Shown here: positions 25,856 through 41,298 of the stretch, in pieces | How positions within the stretch are numbered: position 1 is the first letter of the stretch | How the letters are laid out: each line of letters begins with the position of its first letter | From: Chrysomallon squamiferum | Lineage: Eukaryota; Animalia; Mollusca | Assembly (NCBI GenBank): GCA_012295275.1 | Contig: CM022674.1 | Coordinates: 2,914,001-2,978,000, forward strand | DNA: 64,000 nucleotides | Direction of reading: 5' to 3' | Notes under the pieces: generated by a model | Told to the model about the DNA's origin: nothing | The model's input: the letters and a program-made list of their open reading frames with translations, nothing else | The model's database searches: none | Translations under genes and position numbers: made by a program

Positions 25856-27108
25856 ATAATAATAATAATAATAATAATAAAAATGACGACGATGAAGACG
25901 ACTACATTAATAAAAAATAACAAACTAATAGTTAAATTTCAGATATTTTATTTATTATTGTAACAGTTAACATCTACAATAATTGTAAATATTACTGCTA
26001 CTACTACTACTACTAATAAATCGTTGAATTGTACATCACTGCAATATATATACATATGTGAATATACAGATATATATATAAGACCAACCAAAAGCAACAG
26101 AGTGAACGAACAAAATAATGGTAACGGAAAGAACAGAAACGTCTAAACGTCACAAACAATAGAAGTAATGTTCAATGTTCAGCGGAGTCGGTCATTTCAG
26201 GAACTCAAAACCACTTTCTGAGAGAAGTCTTCCAAGAATTACTTCTTCAAACAAACATTGTTATCCCTAACATAGTTTCTAAGAACTACTACTATAAAAA
26301 GAGGAATAGAAAAAAAAAAAAAAAAAAAGCTGCTTCTCGTGGAAACAGTGACAGCTTCTGTGCCTTCACATCATCAGCGAAAACGCGAGTACGTCATCCT
26401 GCACGATGTTGTGACTGCAGGGTCTGCTGCCTCCATGCACATCGTCTGTGACAACGCCAATGTTAGATTTTCGCTGAAAACCTAACACAAAGTCTTGTTC
26501 GCACAGAATGGCATCTCTCCATGAAACAAAAACCTGCGAAGGAAAAACTATAGACATGATAGTAGAATATTCAAAACAGATTTAAGTTCAGTTCTGTGTC
26601 TTCGGCGACTACTTATATATATGTATACCTTTCAATGAAATGACGTCAGAAATTTGTTACAGGTTTCCTGCCAATCAGATTAGAGAACACAAAACGCAGA
26701 GGGAAAAAACTGAGCGATAAAATGTTCATTCATTTCAGTTCTTTTCTCCCGCTCCACATTTTAATATTCTTGTTAATATTATTTTTATTATTACTGTTGT
26801 TGTCGGTGGTGGTGTTTGTGGTGGCTTGGCTGCTGCTGCTGCTGATGCTGTTGTTCTTGTACTAATAATTATGATTCGTAGTTGCGGTGATGTTTAATGG
26901 TAGTGTTATTAGTACTTCCAGCAGTAGTAGTTGTAAGTAGTAATACTGTTATTTTATTATTATTATTGTTCTTGTTATTGTTATTTTTGTTGTTGTTCTT
27001 GTTGTTTTGACTACTACTACAACTACTACTACATTTACTATTTTTATGATATTACTGCCACTATTTTTACTACTAAATCTGTTAGTACTACTACTACTAC
27101 TACTACTA

Positions 27109-27159
<51 letters not shown>

Positions 27160-27723
27160 TATATAATTCAATTTCTTTTATTGTTAAATTTGCAATAAAT
27201 TAGTCTTTCTCTTATTTTTGTTTTTCATTCCATCCTTATTAAATTTCTTAATTTTTTTCTCTTTGCTGTAAACCAAAAAACCCAAACAATACTGGCGGAT
27301 GGGGGTGAGAATGAAGTAAAAAATATGGAGAGGAAAATGTGAGCCAAATTTCAGAGAAAATTCAGCTTTACTTGAGAGTTATTGAAATAAATTTATGTCT
27401 CACATCCTTTAACATCTGTCACTGAGTCGTTGTCAGATGAATACGAAATCTTGTGACAACGAGAAGAGAAACAGGAAAAAATGTGTTACAGTAAAAATAG
27501 AGGCGTGAACCAGATGTACGACGCAGATTTCCAGAAACCGGAAGTCTCGTACAACCTCGCTAAAACGGTCCACTGCGTTAGTCTTACGTCTATTTCAGAC
27601 TGGTGTCTACGTAAACAGTTTATGGTCATTCACTGATTTGAAAACAGAAAAACAGAAAACAAAAATAGCGTAAACATACAGTAGTCTGAAATACGGCCTT
27701 TTGTGTGGAAATGGTGAGCGGTT

Positions 27724-27755
<32 letters not shown>

Positions 27756-29631
27756 TGTATGTATGTATGTATGTATGTATGTATGTATGTATGAATGTGT
27801 GTATGTATGTATGAATGAATGTGTGTATGTATGTATGTATGTTTCCATTTATATGTATGTATGTATGTATGTGTGTATGTGTGTATGTATGTATGTATGT
27901 TTCCCGCACATTTTCATGATTTTAATAAATCAAATAACAGTGTCAATATCGCAATGTGCAGAATTTTATAGAGAAATAAATAATTTAAGTTGCACGATCC
28001 TACGTAAATATTAACAAAAGTGACAACGATATCTGCTACATCGGACAAGAATGAAACGACCATCTTTAAAGCTGGCCGCCACAGCAAATACTACTACAAC
28101 TACTACTACTACTACTACTGCTACTACTACTACTATTACTAATGCTACTACTAATAATAATGACGACGATGAAGACGACTACATTAATAAAAAATAACAA
28201 ACTAATAATTAAATTTCAGATATTTTATTTATTATTGTAACAGTTAACATCTACAATAGTTGTAAATAGAGAATAAAAGTGAAAATTGTTTATCAAATGA
28301 AATTACCATTTTATTTTATTTTATTATCAGCTGTAATGAGAAAGATTGATAGTTTTCATTACACTATTTTTTTTATTTTTTTTTTTTTGTCATCAGTTTC
28401 CAGACATCTAAATACGTTACACATACCTTAACTGTTTACATTTCTGTACTGAAACTGTTTTAAAAATAATAATAAGAATAATAATAATAATACTAAATAG
28501 TTCAATTGTGCATTACTGCAATGTATATATAGATGTGAATATACAGATATATATAAGACCAACCAAAACAAAAGAGTGAACGAATAAAATAATGCTAACG
28601 GAAAGAACAGAAACGTCTAAACGTCACAAACAATAGAAGTAATGTTCAATGTTCAGCGGAGTCGGTCATTTCAGGAACTCAAAACCACTTTCTGAGAGAA
28701 GTCTTCCAAGAATTACTTCTTCAAACAAACATTGTTATCACTGACATAGTTTCTAACAACTACTAACATAAAAAGAGGAAAAGAAAAAAAAAAAGAAAAG
28801 AAAACTGCTTCTCGTGGAAACAGTGACAGCTTCTGTGCCTTCACATCATCAGCGAAAACGCGAATACGTCATCTTGCACGACGTTGTGACTGCAGGGTCT
28901 GCTGCCTCCATGCACATCGTCTGTGATAACGACAATGTTAGATTTTCCCTGAGAACCTAACACAAAGTCTTGTTCGTACAGAACGGCATCCCTCCATGAA
29001 ACAAAAACCTGCGAAGGAAAAACTATAGACATGCTAGTAGAATATTCGAAACAGATTTAAGTTCAGTTCTGTGTCTTCGGCGACTACTTATATATAGGTA
29101 TACCTTTCAATGAAATGACGTCAGAGATTTGTTACAGGTTTCCTGCCAATCAGATTACAGAACGCAAAACGCAGAGGGAAAAAACTGAGCGATAAAATAT
29201 TCATTCATTTCAGTTCTTTTCTCCCGCTCCATATTTTAATATTCTTGTTAATATTATTTTTATTATTACTGTTGTTGTCGGTGGTGGTGTTTGTGGTGGC
29301 TGGGCTGCTGATGATGCTGATGCTGTTGTTCTTGTACTAATAATTATTTTTAGTAGTTGCGGTGATGTTTAATGGTAGTGTTATTAGTACTTCAAGCAGT
29401 TGCAGTTGTAATAGCAATGGTGTTATTGTATTATTATTTTTGTTATTATATTATTATTATTGTTATTGTTATTTTTATTTTCTTTTGTTGTTGCTGTTGT
29501 TATAACTACTACTACAACTACTACTACATTTACTATTTTTATGATATTACTGGCACTATTTGTACTACTATAGCTGCTGCTACCAGTACTACTACTACTG
29601 CTGCTACTACTACTACCACTACTACTACTAC

Positions 29632-29697
<66 letters not shown>

Positions 29698-31082
29698 TAT
29701 ATAATTCAATTTCTTTTATTGTTAAATTTGCAATAAATTAGTCTTTCTCTTATTTTTGTTTTTCTTTCCATCCTTATTAAATTTCTTAATTTTTTTCTCT
29801 TTGCTGTAAACCAAAAAACCCAAACAATACTGGCGGATGGGGGTGAGAATGAAGTAAAAAATATGGAGAGAAAAATGCGAGCTAAATTTCAGAGAAAATT
29901 CAGCTTTACTTGAGAGTTATTCAAATAAATTTATGTCTCACATCCTTTAACATCTGTCACTGAGTCGTTGTCAGATGAATACGAAATCTTGTGACAACGA
30001 GAAGAGAAACAGGAAAAAATGTATCACAGTAAAAATAGCGGCGTGAAATAGATGTACGACGAGATTTTCAGAAACCGGAAGTCTCGTACAACCTCGCTAA
30101 AACGGTTCACTGCGTTAGTCTTACGTCTATTTCAGACTGGTGTCTACGTAAACAGTTTATGGTCATTCACTGATTTGAAAACAGAAAAACAACAGAAAAC
30201 AAGAATAGCGTAAACATACAGTAGTCTGAAATACGGCCTTTTGTATGGAAAAGGTTCTGTATGTATGTATGTATGTATGTATTTATGTATGAGAGCGTGT
30301 GTGTGCATATATATATATATGTATGTGTGTGTGTGTGTATATATGTATGTATGTATGTATATATTTGGCTTTCTATATTTGTCTCTATGTGTGTATGTAT
30401 GTATGTATGTATGTATGTATGTTTGTATGTATGTATGTATATATATTTCTGTCTGTATCTATGTATTCTAGGATTTGAATATTCTCTGTGTTATGTAGAT
30501 CTGATTGGACTATGTCCATAGACAATATTATGAACGCAATGCAACAGATGGAAAAGTTACATAAAATATACACTGTCAGATGCTGTTGACGAGACTTGAA
30601 TGTGTGTTTTGTTTGTAATGATTAGACATGTTAATTGAAAATACCTTCAGAACGTTTAAGTGATATCAATAACTAGAAAAAGAAATGTGTTGTTTCTAGA
30701 CGTTACGATCTGACCTTCACATTGGCTATTATTCCCAACTGAATATGAAATGAAAACACTTTCTTATGGATGCCACTTAAACTAATCTTGATGACTAAGA
30801 AAAAACGCTTTGAATTAATTTAAATTAAAATGATAGAACATTTTGTTTTTTGAAATATAAGATCGAAAAAGTTTTCGGCACATTTTCATGATTTTAATAA
30901 ATCAAATAACAGTGTCAATATCGCAATGTGCAGAATTTTATAGAGAAATAAATAATTTAAGTTGCACGATCCTACGTAAATATTAACAAAAGTGACAACG
31001 ATATCTGCTACATCGGACAAGAATAAAACGACCATCTTTAAAGCTGGCCACCATAGCAACTACTACTACTACTACTACTACA

Positions 31083-31128
<46 letters not shown>

Positions 31129-32200
31129 ATAATAATAATAATAATAATAAAATTGACGACGATGAAGACGACTACATTAATAAAAAATAACAAACTAATA
31201 ATTAAATTTCAGATATTTTATTTATTATTGTAACAGTTAACATCTACAATAATTGTAAATACTACTACTACTAATAATAATAATAATAAATCGTTGAATT
31301 GTACATCACTGCAATATATATACATATGTGAATATACAGATATATATATAAGACCAACCAAAAGCAACAGAGTGAACGAACAAAATAATGCTAACGGAAA
31401 GAACAGAAACGTCTAAACGTCACAAACAATAGAAGTAATGTTCAATGTTCAGCGGAGTCGGTCATTTCAGGAACTCAAAACCACTTTCTGAGAGAAGTCT
31501 TCCAAGAATTACTTCTTCAAACAAACATTGTTATCACTGACATAGTTTCTAACAACTACTACTATAAAAAGAGGAATAGAAAAAAAAAAAGCTGCTTCTC
31601 GTGGAAACAGTGACAGCTTCTGTGCCTTCACATCATCAGCGAAAACGCGAATACGTCATCCTGCACGATGTTGTGACTGCAGTGTGTGCTGCCTCCATGC
31701 ACATCGTCTGTGACAACGCCAATGTTAGATTTTCGCTGAAAACCTAACACAAAGTCTTGTTCGCACAGAATGGCATCTCTCCATGAAACAATAACCTGCG
31801 AAGGAAAAACTATAGACATGATAGTAGAATATTCAAAACAGATTTAAGTTAAGTTCTGTGTCTTCGGCGACTATTTATATATATGTATACCTTTCAATGA
31901 AATGACGTCAGAAATTTGTTACAGGTTTCCTGCCAATCAGATTACAGAACGCAAAACGCAGAGGGAGAAAACAGCGATAAAATGTTCATTCATTTCAATT
32001 CTTTTCTCCCGTTCCACATTTTAATATTCTTTTTAATATTATTCTTAATACTACCGTTGTTGTTGTTGTTTGTGGCAGGGGTGCTGCTGGTGGTACTGCT
32101 GTTGCTGCTGTTGTTGCTGGTGCTGCTGTTGCTGCTGTTGTACTAATAATTAATTTTATTAGTTGTGGTGATGTTTAACGGTAGAGTTACTAGTACTAGC
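22670..32200. repeat. Tandem array of four 2.1-2.7 kb units with A-B-A-B higher-order structure
   Basis: Anchor aaaatag(a/c)ggcgtgaa...cagaaaccggaagtctcgtacaacctcgc at about 22670, 24770, 27494 and 30032. The same 63-codon minus ORF recurs at 23644, 26366, 28841 and 31628. Units 2 and 4 share an extra ~450 bp block. Confidence 0.95.
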
Positions 32201-32839
32201 AGCAGTAGCAGTTGTAGCAGCAATAGTGTGTGTTGTAGTAGCAGTGGTAGTAATAGTATTAGTAACGTTAGTAGTAGCAGAAGTAGTACAACTGGTGGTA
32301 GTGGTGGTAGTAGTAGTAGTAATAGTACAGCAGCAATAATAATATCAGTAGTAATAACAGGAGTACTAACAGTATTAGCAGCATCAATGGTAGTAACTCT
32401 ATTACAGGCATTAATAATAGCACCAATAGCAGCAGCAGCAGCAGCAGTAGTTGTTGTTGTTGTTGTTGTTGTAGAAGTAGAAGTAGTAGTACTAATAATA
32501 TGAATAACAGAATAGTTGTATTTGTAATAGCAATAGTAATTTTTGGTACAGTTTTACTGGTGAATGTGTAGTAATGTCGCAGTAGTTGTAGCAGTTACTG
32601 AAATAATTGATTAGTTCAAGTTGTATAGTGGTAGTTGCTGATGAATGAATTGTAACATCATTGACGCCAGAAAGGAAATTTGTTGATGCTACATCCTATA
32701 ATCTAGCTTTCTCTCTGTTTGTACGTGCGTACGTATACACACACATATAGATATACATACATACATATACACACATACAGAAACACATATACACACAGAT
32801 ACATATATACAGAAATACACACACATATATATGTGTGAG

Positions 32840-32916
<77 letters not shown>

Positions 32917-33429
32917 ATGACAAAGAGATAGAGAAACAGATGAAGAAACAGAGAAAGCTGCAGGCAAGCGCATGAGACAGAAAGACAGACAGAGACACGA
33001 GAGAAACACACCGTAGTCAGTAACATGCACTTGATTGATTTTGCAAAGCAGTCAGTGAGAAAAACCAATTAGAATACAAAAATATAAAAATGTAATTAAT
33101 AATATAAATATGAATGGAAAATAGTAATTAATTTTTTTTTTTTTTATTTTTTTTTTTCTTTTTGTTGTTGCTAATATCGTTGGATGTCATATCGCGTATG
33201 CATGCATGTGTATGTATATATACATACATATATGTACATGCTATTTTCATAGATCACGCACGCGCGAGTCTTGTCCTCACCAGATCGCAAACCACTCCTT
33301 CAAGCCTCGTGACTTTCATTCACTCGCCGCACTAATTACGTGCCGAGTCGCCACAGTTGTGTATCGCCAGTTTTCTTTATGTTCTTAATTTTAAGATGTT
33401 TATACCAAATTATTTACGTATTTAGATGC

Positions 33430-33514
33430 CTTGGTACCAGAAAACCGGGAAAATCCAGAAATCCGGAATGCCTCAGGCCCCAAGGAATCCATTAATACTT
33501 GGTCCGGTACCTGT
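33430..33514. mobile_element. Solo DNA-transposon terminal fragment (Tigger/pogo-like)
   Basis: aaaatccagaaatccggaatgcc...ggtccggtacctg|ta has the repeated aaatcc(g) motifs and CTG-TA end typical of pogo-like termini. No partner was found. Confidence 0.3.
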
Positions 33515-33517
33515 ACT

Positions 33518-33563
<46 letters not shown>

Positions 33564-33582
33564 GATAGATAGATAGATAGAT

Positions 33583-33631
<49 letters not shown>

Positions 33632-34216
33632 AAAGAGAAAAAAAAAAAAAAACAGAGATAAAAACTCGCCATAGGCAATAATAAGCTTTTTATGGATTTT
33701 CGTAAATTGGTAATCTAATTTAAGAGAAATGAAGAACACGACGAACAGTTATAGCACGGGTGTGTACAGAATCCTTCTAGTTGTTTCTATTCTCATTAGT
33801 TGACAATTACGGATAACAGTTATAGCTTATTTTGGTTTATTGTTTTTGTAAGATTGACGAAAACAAAAAATCCAATAAGATTACAAAATATTATGGTAAA
33901 CAATTTTCTGATCTAAAGTCAACAATTTTCTGACGATTCCGTTTCTGCGTACAAGATCGACGCATGCAAAAAAAAGTATTTTTGTCGTAGATTCTGAGAA
34001 TAATTTTTGTCTCTTTTGGAGAATATAAAGTAAAACTCTAATATCTGAACTGAAAAGAAAGAAAAAGAAAGAAAAAAAAAAAAACAGCTTCTGATTTAAT
34101 TTGCCCTTCAGTCGATTATACTGATCAGTTAGAAGTATGAATTTAGTAAAATAGTAAAGAAAATCGTCCCCATGAAACTGAGAAAGTTACATTTTCGTTT
34201 GTTAGCTTCTTATACC

Positions 34217-34271
<55 letters not shown>

Positions 34272-35263
34272 TTTAATAAAATCGTAAGAAGTCTTATCAA
34301 AAGATAATATAAATATAAAATTTATGGCATTATGAATGACTGCCTGAATCAAAAATACGACGCAGATCTTGAAAAATCCGGAAGTCTTGTTCATCCGAAA
34401 ATCTGGTCATTTCAGTGCATTTGTATGTGTTCATACAGGCGTATTTCGATGTAGATATGTATGTGTGTGTGTGCGCGCGCGTGTGTGTGTGTGCGTGTGC
34501 GTGTGTGTGGTGTGGATTGTGTGTAAATATCATTGCACATATATATATACATGGATTTAAATAACAACAACAGAATTCAAAATTTAACAGGCGGAGGTTT
34601 CTGCGCATGCTTTTCCCTGAAGTTCATCTGCAGAGTTTTGTCGTTTCACATAAAGTAGAACAGCCATTATCGGATTACGCTCTTATCCCTTCTGACAAAT
34701 CCAATAATCTCGTAATCGGCTCGCTAAGCTACGGAGTCGCTTGTTACAATGAAATCACGGAACCTCGCTGTGGCTGAAAGTGGCTGATATTTCTGTTTAG
34801 AATCTACACCCATGTCGTTATTATTCACGTCAGGGTTACCGAACAATTTTGGGGATGGGTCTTTGTATCTGAGTTCTGATTTTGATGATAGTATTCGGTT
34901 TATTTCATTTAGTTATCATAATAATAATAATAATAATAAAATATCGTTAGTAGTGAGACTTTATGTAAGAGTTGCCTATCGCTGAGTTTTAATAGAGCCA
35001 TACATAGCGTTACTTTCTGAGGTGGGGCAGTTATGTCACATTATGAAATTTGCTGGTGGAGCATCATTGTGAATGATGTCTGGTTTCAGAATAATACCTG
35101 AATGATGCGCTATCAGAGTTGACTGTTTGGACAGCGGCTAAGCCGGGTTTTTCAAGAGTTAACCCGTTTCCGTGGTATTCGTTGTGTCTTTTTTTTCTGT
35201 ATATCTTGTACAAATACAAATAAATCATAGAAAACTATATATCATGAATGTGGTTCGGTATGG

Positions 35264-35295
<32 letters not shown>

Positions 35296-36045
35296 GTCAC
35301 TACTACTACTGCTACTAATACTACTGCTGCTGCTGCTGATACTATATAATATTTACAAGTTTTGTCATATATGCTTTTTAATGACTTTTCTCTTTTTTTT
35401 TTTGCTTCTTTCCTTCTTTTTTTTCTGTCTCTTTTTATTTTTCTATTTTTGTAAACTTTTTGATATGATGCAAGAAAACAAAATACAAAACAACGGTGAG
35501 AAATCTGAATAAGGTGATAATGTTAACAAGAAAGTCACTGCAAACGAACAGTGCAATGCAATCATGAAGACATCACGATCACTCAATCAAGAGAGAGAGG
35601 GAGAGTCGTAGTAGTCGTAGTAGTAGTAGTAGTTGTTGTTGTTGCTGTTAAAACGTAATACTTGCTTGTAGTTGGATCACAGATGGTAGTAACAAATAAA
35701 TAAGCTATCAGTAGAATTAAATGAAGTAAAAACGCCCAAAAATGAAACACACTGATCTCGTAACAAACAGAATTTTTGAATTATCTTGCCAGTATGGTTT
35801 AACCATTTCCCAGCACCGAGACCATAACACACAGTAGCAACGGATTTCTGTTCTGTTTCGTTTTTAACAAAGCTGTAAAGTAACCTACGTTCGGCTTCGG
35901 GCAAAAACAGATATTTGCTTTAACCAAAAACCAAGTAAGCCTGAGTTGATGTAATTGTATACACAGCTGTGATTCCGGTACATACACACCAAATATTTAT
36001 AGAACGCAATTTTCTACTTTTGTCATAACAGAACCTTCTTCATGT

Positions 36046-36144
<99 letters not shown>

Positions 36145-36725
36145 CCTCCCTCCCTCGTTTGGTTTCATTTGTTCAGCAATCGATGATATAAAGTAAACAG
36201 AATTATGAATTTTTCAGTTGCTTATAACCATTACTGTTATTATTATTACTTTTATTACTTTTATTGTTGTTTTTCTTCATCTTCTTCTTCTTATTATTAT
36301 TACTATTATTATTATCATCAACATCATCATCATCGTCATCGTTATCATCATCATCATCATCATCATCCCTTCTTTATGTTTTATTGTTTTTATTCTTTTT
36401 TCTTCTTTTTTTCGCAAAAACATCAAAGGAAAAAAAAAATGAGATGAGCTAAATTTTGTAGAAAAAATTCAGCTTATTGTGAAGACAATTTTAACAACCA
36501 CGTTAATACGGTTCATTGCAATGGCCTGGTTGCTTCGGAGATTAAGAAGAACAATGTAACCATGGTAATTTCTTAGAAATAGCTACCCCGAACACTCATT
36601 CAAAGCAGATGCCAAGAAACTCGGAAGTGGCATTCATACGATGACACTGCTTAACACGAAAGAGTCCATTTGTGTACGTTTATTTTAAACTGGATATACA
36701 TATTTTCGTATTATGGGTGCGTGCA

Positions 36726-37370
<645 letters not shown>

Positions 37371-37429
37371 TCTTAAAATATAAAACGTTATTGTGCTATG
37401 GAACAAAGGATATAACAAAGATCAAGGCA

Positions 37430-37622
37430 AAACCCGCGGGGCAGCGTCCAAAACCGTGAAGCAAGCAAACAAACAAACAAACAATGTGGAACCAATAACC
37501 AACACCTCATTCCGTCGCTCTTTGCTTTACCATCGTTCAACATTTTATTCGAGACACAGTCGTCTGCAGACGCTGCATCAAGCGCCATCTTGTGTCAGGC
37601 TTCGTTCTCTTCGTTCGTAAGT
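37430..37622 (+). promoter_or_regulatory. Candidate promoter and non-coding first exon of an unidentified plus-strand gene
   Basis: A CpG-rich patch with the YY1 consensus gCGCCATCTT at ~37582-37591, a strong donor ttc|GTAAGT at 37617, and an NRF1-like catgcgca at ~37730. Confidence 0.4.
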
Positions 37623-37970
37623 CGTGTTTAGTTATTGCTGTCAATGTTAACCGGTCGGAACTGGTTTTGGTTTTGTCCTTATTTGACGTTGAGAAAAAAA
37701 AAACGTACAGGTATGGGGGTAAAATGAGACATGCGCAGACATGAAGTTACTTGACGTGTAGGATGAAACGCGTCCATTTTGTCCTCATTATCTTTTTTGA
37801 CAGAGCTTTCTGGAGCTGTCGTTATGTGGCAGTTCATGACTGGCGTTCTGTTAATCGTTCTGTGAAAGAAGCAAGCGTCTAATTACAGACATTTCATTGT
37901 CAGGGTAATTTGTTTTTAAGAATAATACCACATAAAAAGAAAATGACACTTTTATTAATTAATTTGTATT

Positions 37971-38004
<34 letters not shown>

Positions 38005-38108
38005 CCGTTCTCCATTAATTCAAATTAATTTTTTTATCTTTGTTTTCTTTTTCCATGAATTTTTCTTTCTTTCTTTCTCTTTTCGTTTTTGTTTTTTAAT
38101 TTTTTATT

Positions 38109-38149
<41 letters not shown>

Positions 38150-39392
38150 ATTTTATTATTATTATTTCTTCTTATGATAATAAAGTAGGATATTTTTAGA
38201 ACATTTGAGCAACTAAAACCTGGAAGTTTCTTGCTTTGCAGGAAATCTTTTTATTGGTTTATTTTATTAAACGGATTCAATGCTTCATGACTCTTTTCCA
38301 ATACCAGAAATTGCCTTCTTAGGTAAAAATAGTTTTCAACGAATACGCAACAAAAATGACCTTAAGCTTGGATATGAACGAAATTGAAAAATTAAGTTTA
38401 TGATTATTCCTTAATTGGATAACCCTGATTTGATACCAGCCTTTGGCCGAGCATTTAATTAATTTTACGCCTTTTTTTTTATTTTCTTATTTTATTATTA
38501 TTATTTTTTTTTTTTTTTTTTTTTAATTCAAATCCCAACTAAATATTCTCTTTCTAAATTCTATTAGATCGTTTTTTAATTTAATCTGCTTTACAAATAA
38601 ATCCCACTGGCATTTATTTCGTGAATATTTCATTTCCTAGTTTTCCATCACCGTATGAACAATTGGAGGGGAATCGATGGTCTAAATTGCAAATTGACCA
38701 CAGCGTTCAAAATGTGAAGCCATAAAACTTATCGAAATTATGTGCAAGTCGAGACATCGGTATTGATAATCGAGACATTTCTGCTATGGACTGGTTTCCA
38801 AAACGTCGACTGATAATTGGTTACAGGTTTTTTTTTTTTTTTTTTTTAAATGAAACAATTGTTACGCTTACACGACAGCCAATTCTTTGATTATTTCACA
38901 GTGCTGTGTCTCCGCAGTTTTAATTGCTAAATATCACAGAGACTAATTGCTATATAATAAGTCTCCTTGTAAATTTAAATATTTTTGCAATACGGATGCA
39001 TAACCATAACCGTCCTGATTCAGTGTTTCACTTCTACAACTACTACCATAACTACTACTACTACTACTACAAAAAACGCCCCGTTTCAACTAATACAACA
39101 AGTTAAGAACGTATTTGATACTACGACTGATGCTGTTTACTTCCACTACAACGACTACTACTACCATTAAATTCATTATTGCTACTGTTACTATTATCAC
39201 CACTGCTACTACTACTATCATTAAATTCATTATTACTACTCCTACAACTACCACAACTGCTATCACAACTGCAACTATATTGCCACTAACATCACCGCCA
39301 CTAATACTGACGGAAGCAACAAAGTCAACACGATGATGACGATAATCATCATGATAACAATAACAATAACAGTAATGATAAAAATAATGATA

Positions 39393-39450
<58 letters not shown>

Positions 39451-40270
39451 TTGTTATGACTACGATAAAATAATGCAATAATAACAACACCAACAACAAC
39501 AACATCATCAGTAACAACAACAGAAGTAATTATGACGGTGCTGCTGCTGATGATGATGACGATGATGAATATGATGACAACAATAACAAAAATAACGATC
39601 ATAATAATGACAATGATGGCGATCGAGATGACAGTAACAACAATAACAACCACAGCAACAACAAAAAGAGAAAAGAAAAGAAAAGAAAATAAACACAACA
39701 AAATACGGACAAGAAGGAAATTGGACATTAAACTAGACGGACAACGGCGATACTAAAACAAATATTTTATTCCTTCTGCTTAACCCTGGCCGTTGAGAAT
39801 TGACACCGCTGTGAACTGGATCTTGTTTTCCTGATCTGCTTGATGATATTAAAGTGGAAAACCATGTTCAGTGATATGTCAGATGTCATATCAGTTTTCA
39901 GTGACAGAAATCGAAGCAGGTATTAATTCTTTTGACAGACGATTAGGAAAATTTTCCTGTGGTTAAAAATAATAATAATAATAATAATGATGATAACGAT
40001 GAATAAAAAAAAATAAAATAAAAGTAAAATAAAGTCGAAGTGTCATAGTTTGATTTCATGCAACGAATTGTTTGTTCTTGTATGTGACGTAGTGGTTTCA
40101 ATAGAAACAGTTATAACAATAATGTAATAGTAGTAGTGGAGGTGGAAATAGCAGCAGTAGTGGTAGTAGTAGTAGTAGCAGCAGTAGTAGTAGCAGTAGT
40201 AGCTGCTGTAATAGTAGCAATACTAGGAGTTGTAGTAGTAACAGTAGCGGCAGATAAAAGAGAACTAGTA

Positions 40271-40993
40271 CAGTATTCCCTCGCTATTCGCGGGGGTTAC
40301 GTTCTTTACCCCCCCGCGAATAGCGAAAAACCGCGAATATTGGATGCAGTTTTAAAACGTCTATTATGAGATTATATACGGTACTAAATGCTTCCCAAAC
40401 ACTTTCTAAAGACACTCTTACTCATTAATACAGTAATAATGTAGTAATATTGCATGCAGTTATGTATTTCACTAATGTAGTAATGATAATGTAAACGCAT
40501 TTTAATTTTGTACTGAAACAATATTTTAATCAGAAAGAAACGTAAGTACAGGAGGACAGTAACACCGCATAGCATAGTTACCCATACAGTATGACTGTAC
40601 CGTAAAGTCATTTTCTATGCGTACAACATATGTATTAGAATTGACAGAAAGTGGAACAAATTTAAAGGCAAACAGACAGATAAATACAGTACGCACAGTT
40701 CAGGTAATAATAATACAGTTCAGTAATAATATGCAATTAAAAACATTATTAATACACGGTCACAAAAAATATGCACTGTACATACAGTGTATGCATTTAT
40801 AAAAAAATACGTAGTGTATTGCAACAATAATTGAAAAAATTTGATATTGTTTGTGCGGTTTACCGAGCATTTGTTTTTATGACGTTATGACGCTCGCCTG
40901 GTATACCAGCATACGATGCGATAGGGTTAAGAGCCTAACCCGCGAATATGCGGGGCCGCGAATGGGGAACCGCGAACAGGTGAGGGTATACTG
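40271..40993. mobile_element. Non-autonomous Tigger/pogo-like DNA transposon (MITE), ~720 bp
   Basis: TIRs CAGTATTCCCTCGCTATTCGCGG (left) and CCGCGAACAGGTGAGGGTATACTG (right) are each flanked by TA. Subterminal ccgcgaat repeats are present. No transposase ORF. Confidence 0.85.
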
Positions 40994-41257
40994 TATTGTA
41001 GTAGTAGTAGTAGTAATAATAGTATAACTAGTAAAAAGGTTGTAGCAGTCGTAGTAGTAACAGTAAGACTGTTGGTGGTGCTGGAGACAATAGATAAAAC
41101 AGTGTTAACTGTAGTCGTAGCAGTAGTAGTGTGGTAAATGAAATAGAAGTAGTAACAGAAGTAGTAAAAGTGGTGATAGTAATGAAACGTGAATTCTAGT
41201 GCTGGTTTATTTGATTGGAATAGTCTATTGACTGCTGCTTGACATATCTGTATTCGT

Positions 41258-41298
<41 letters not shown>

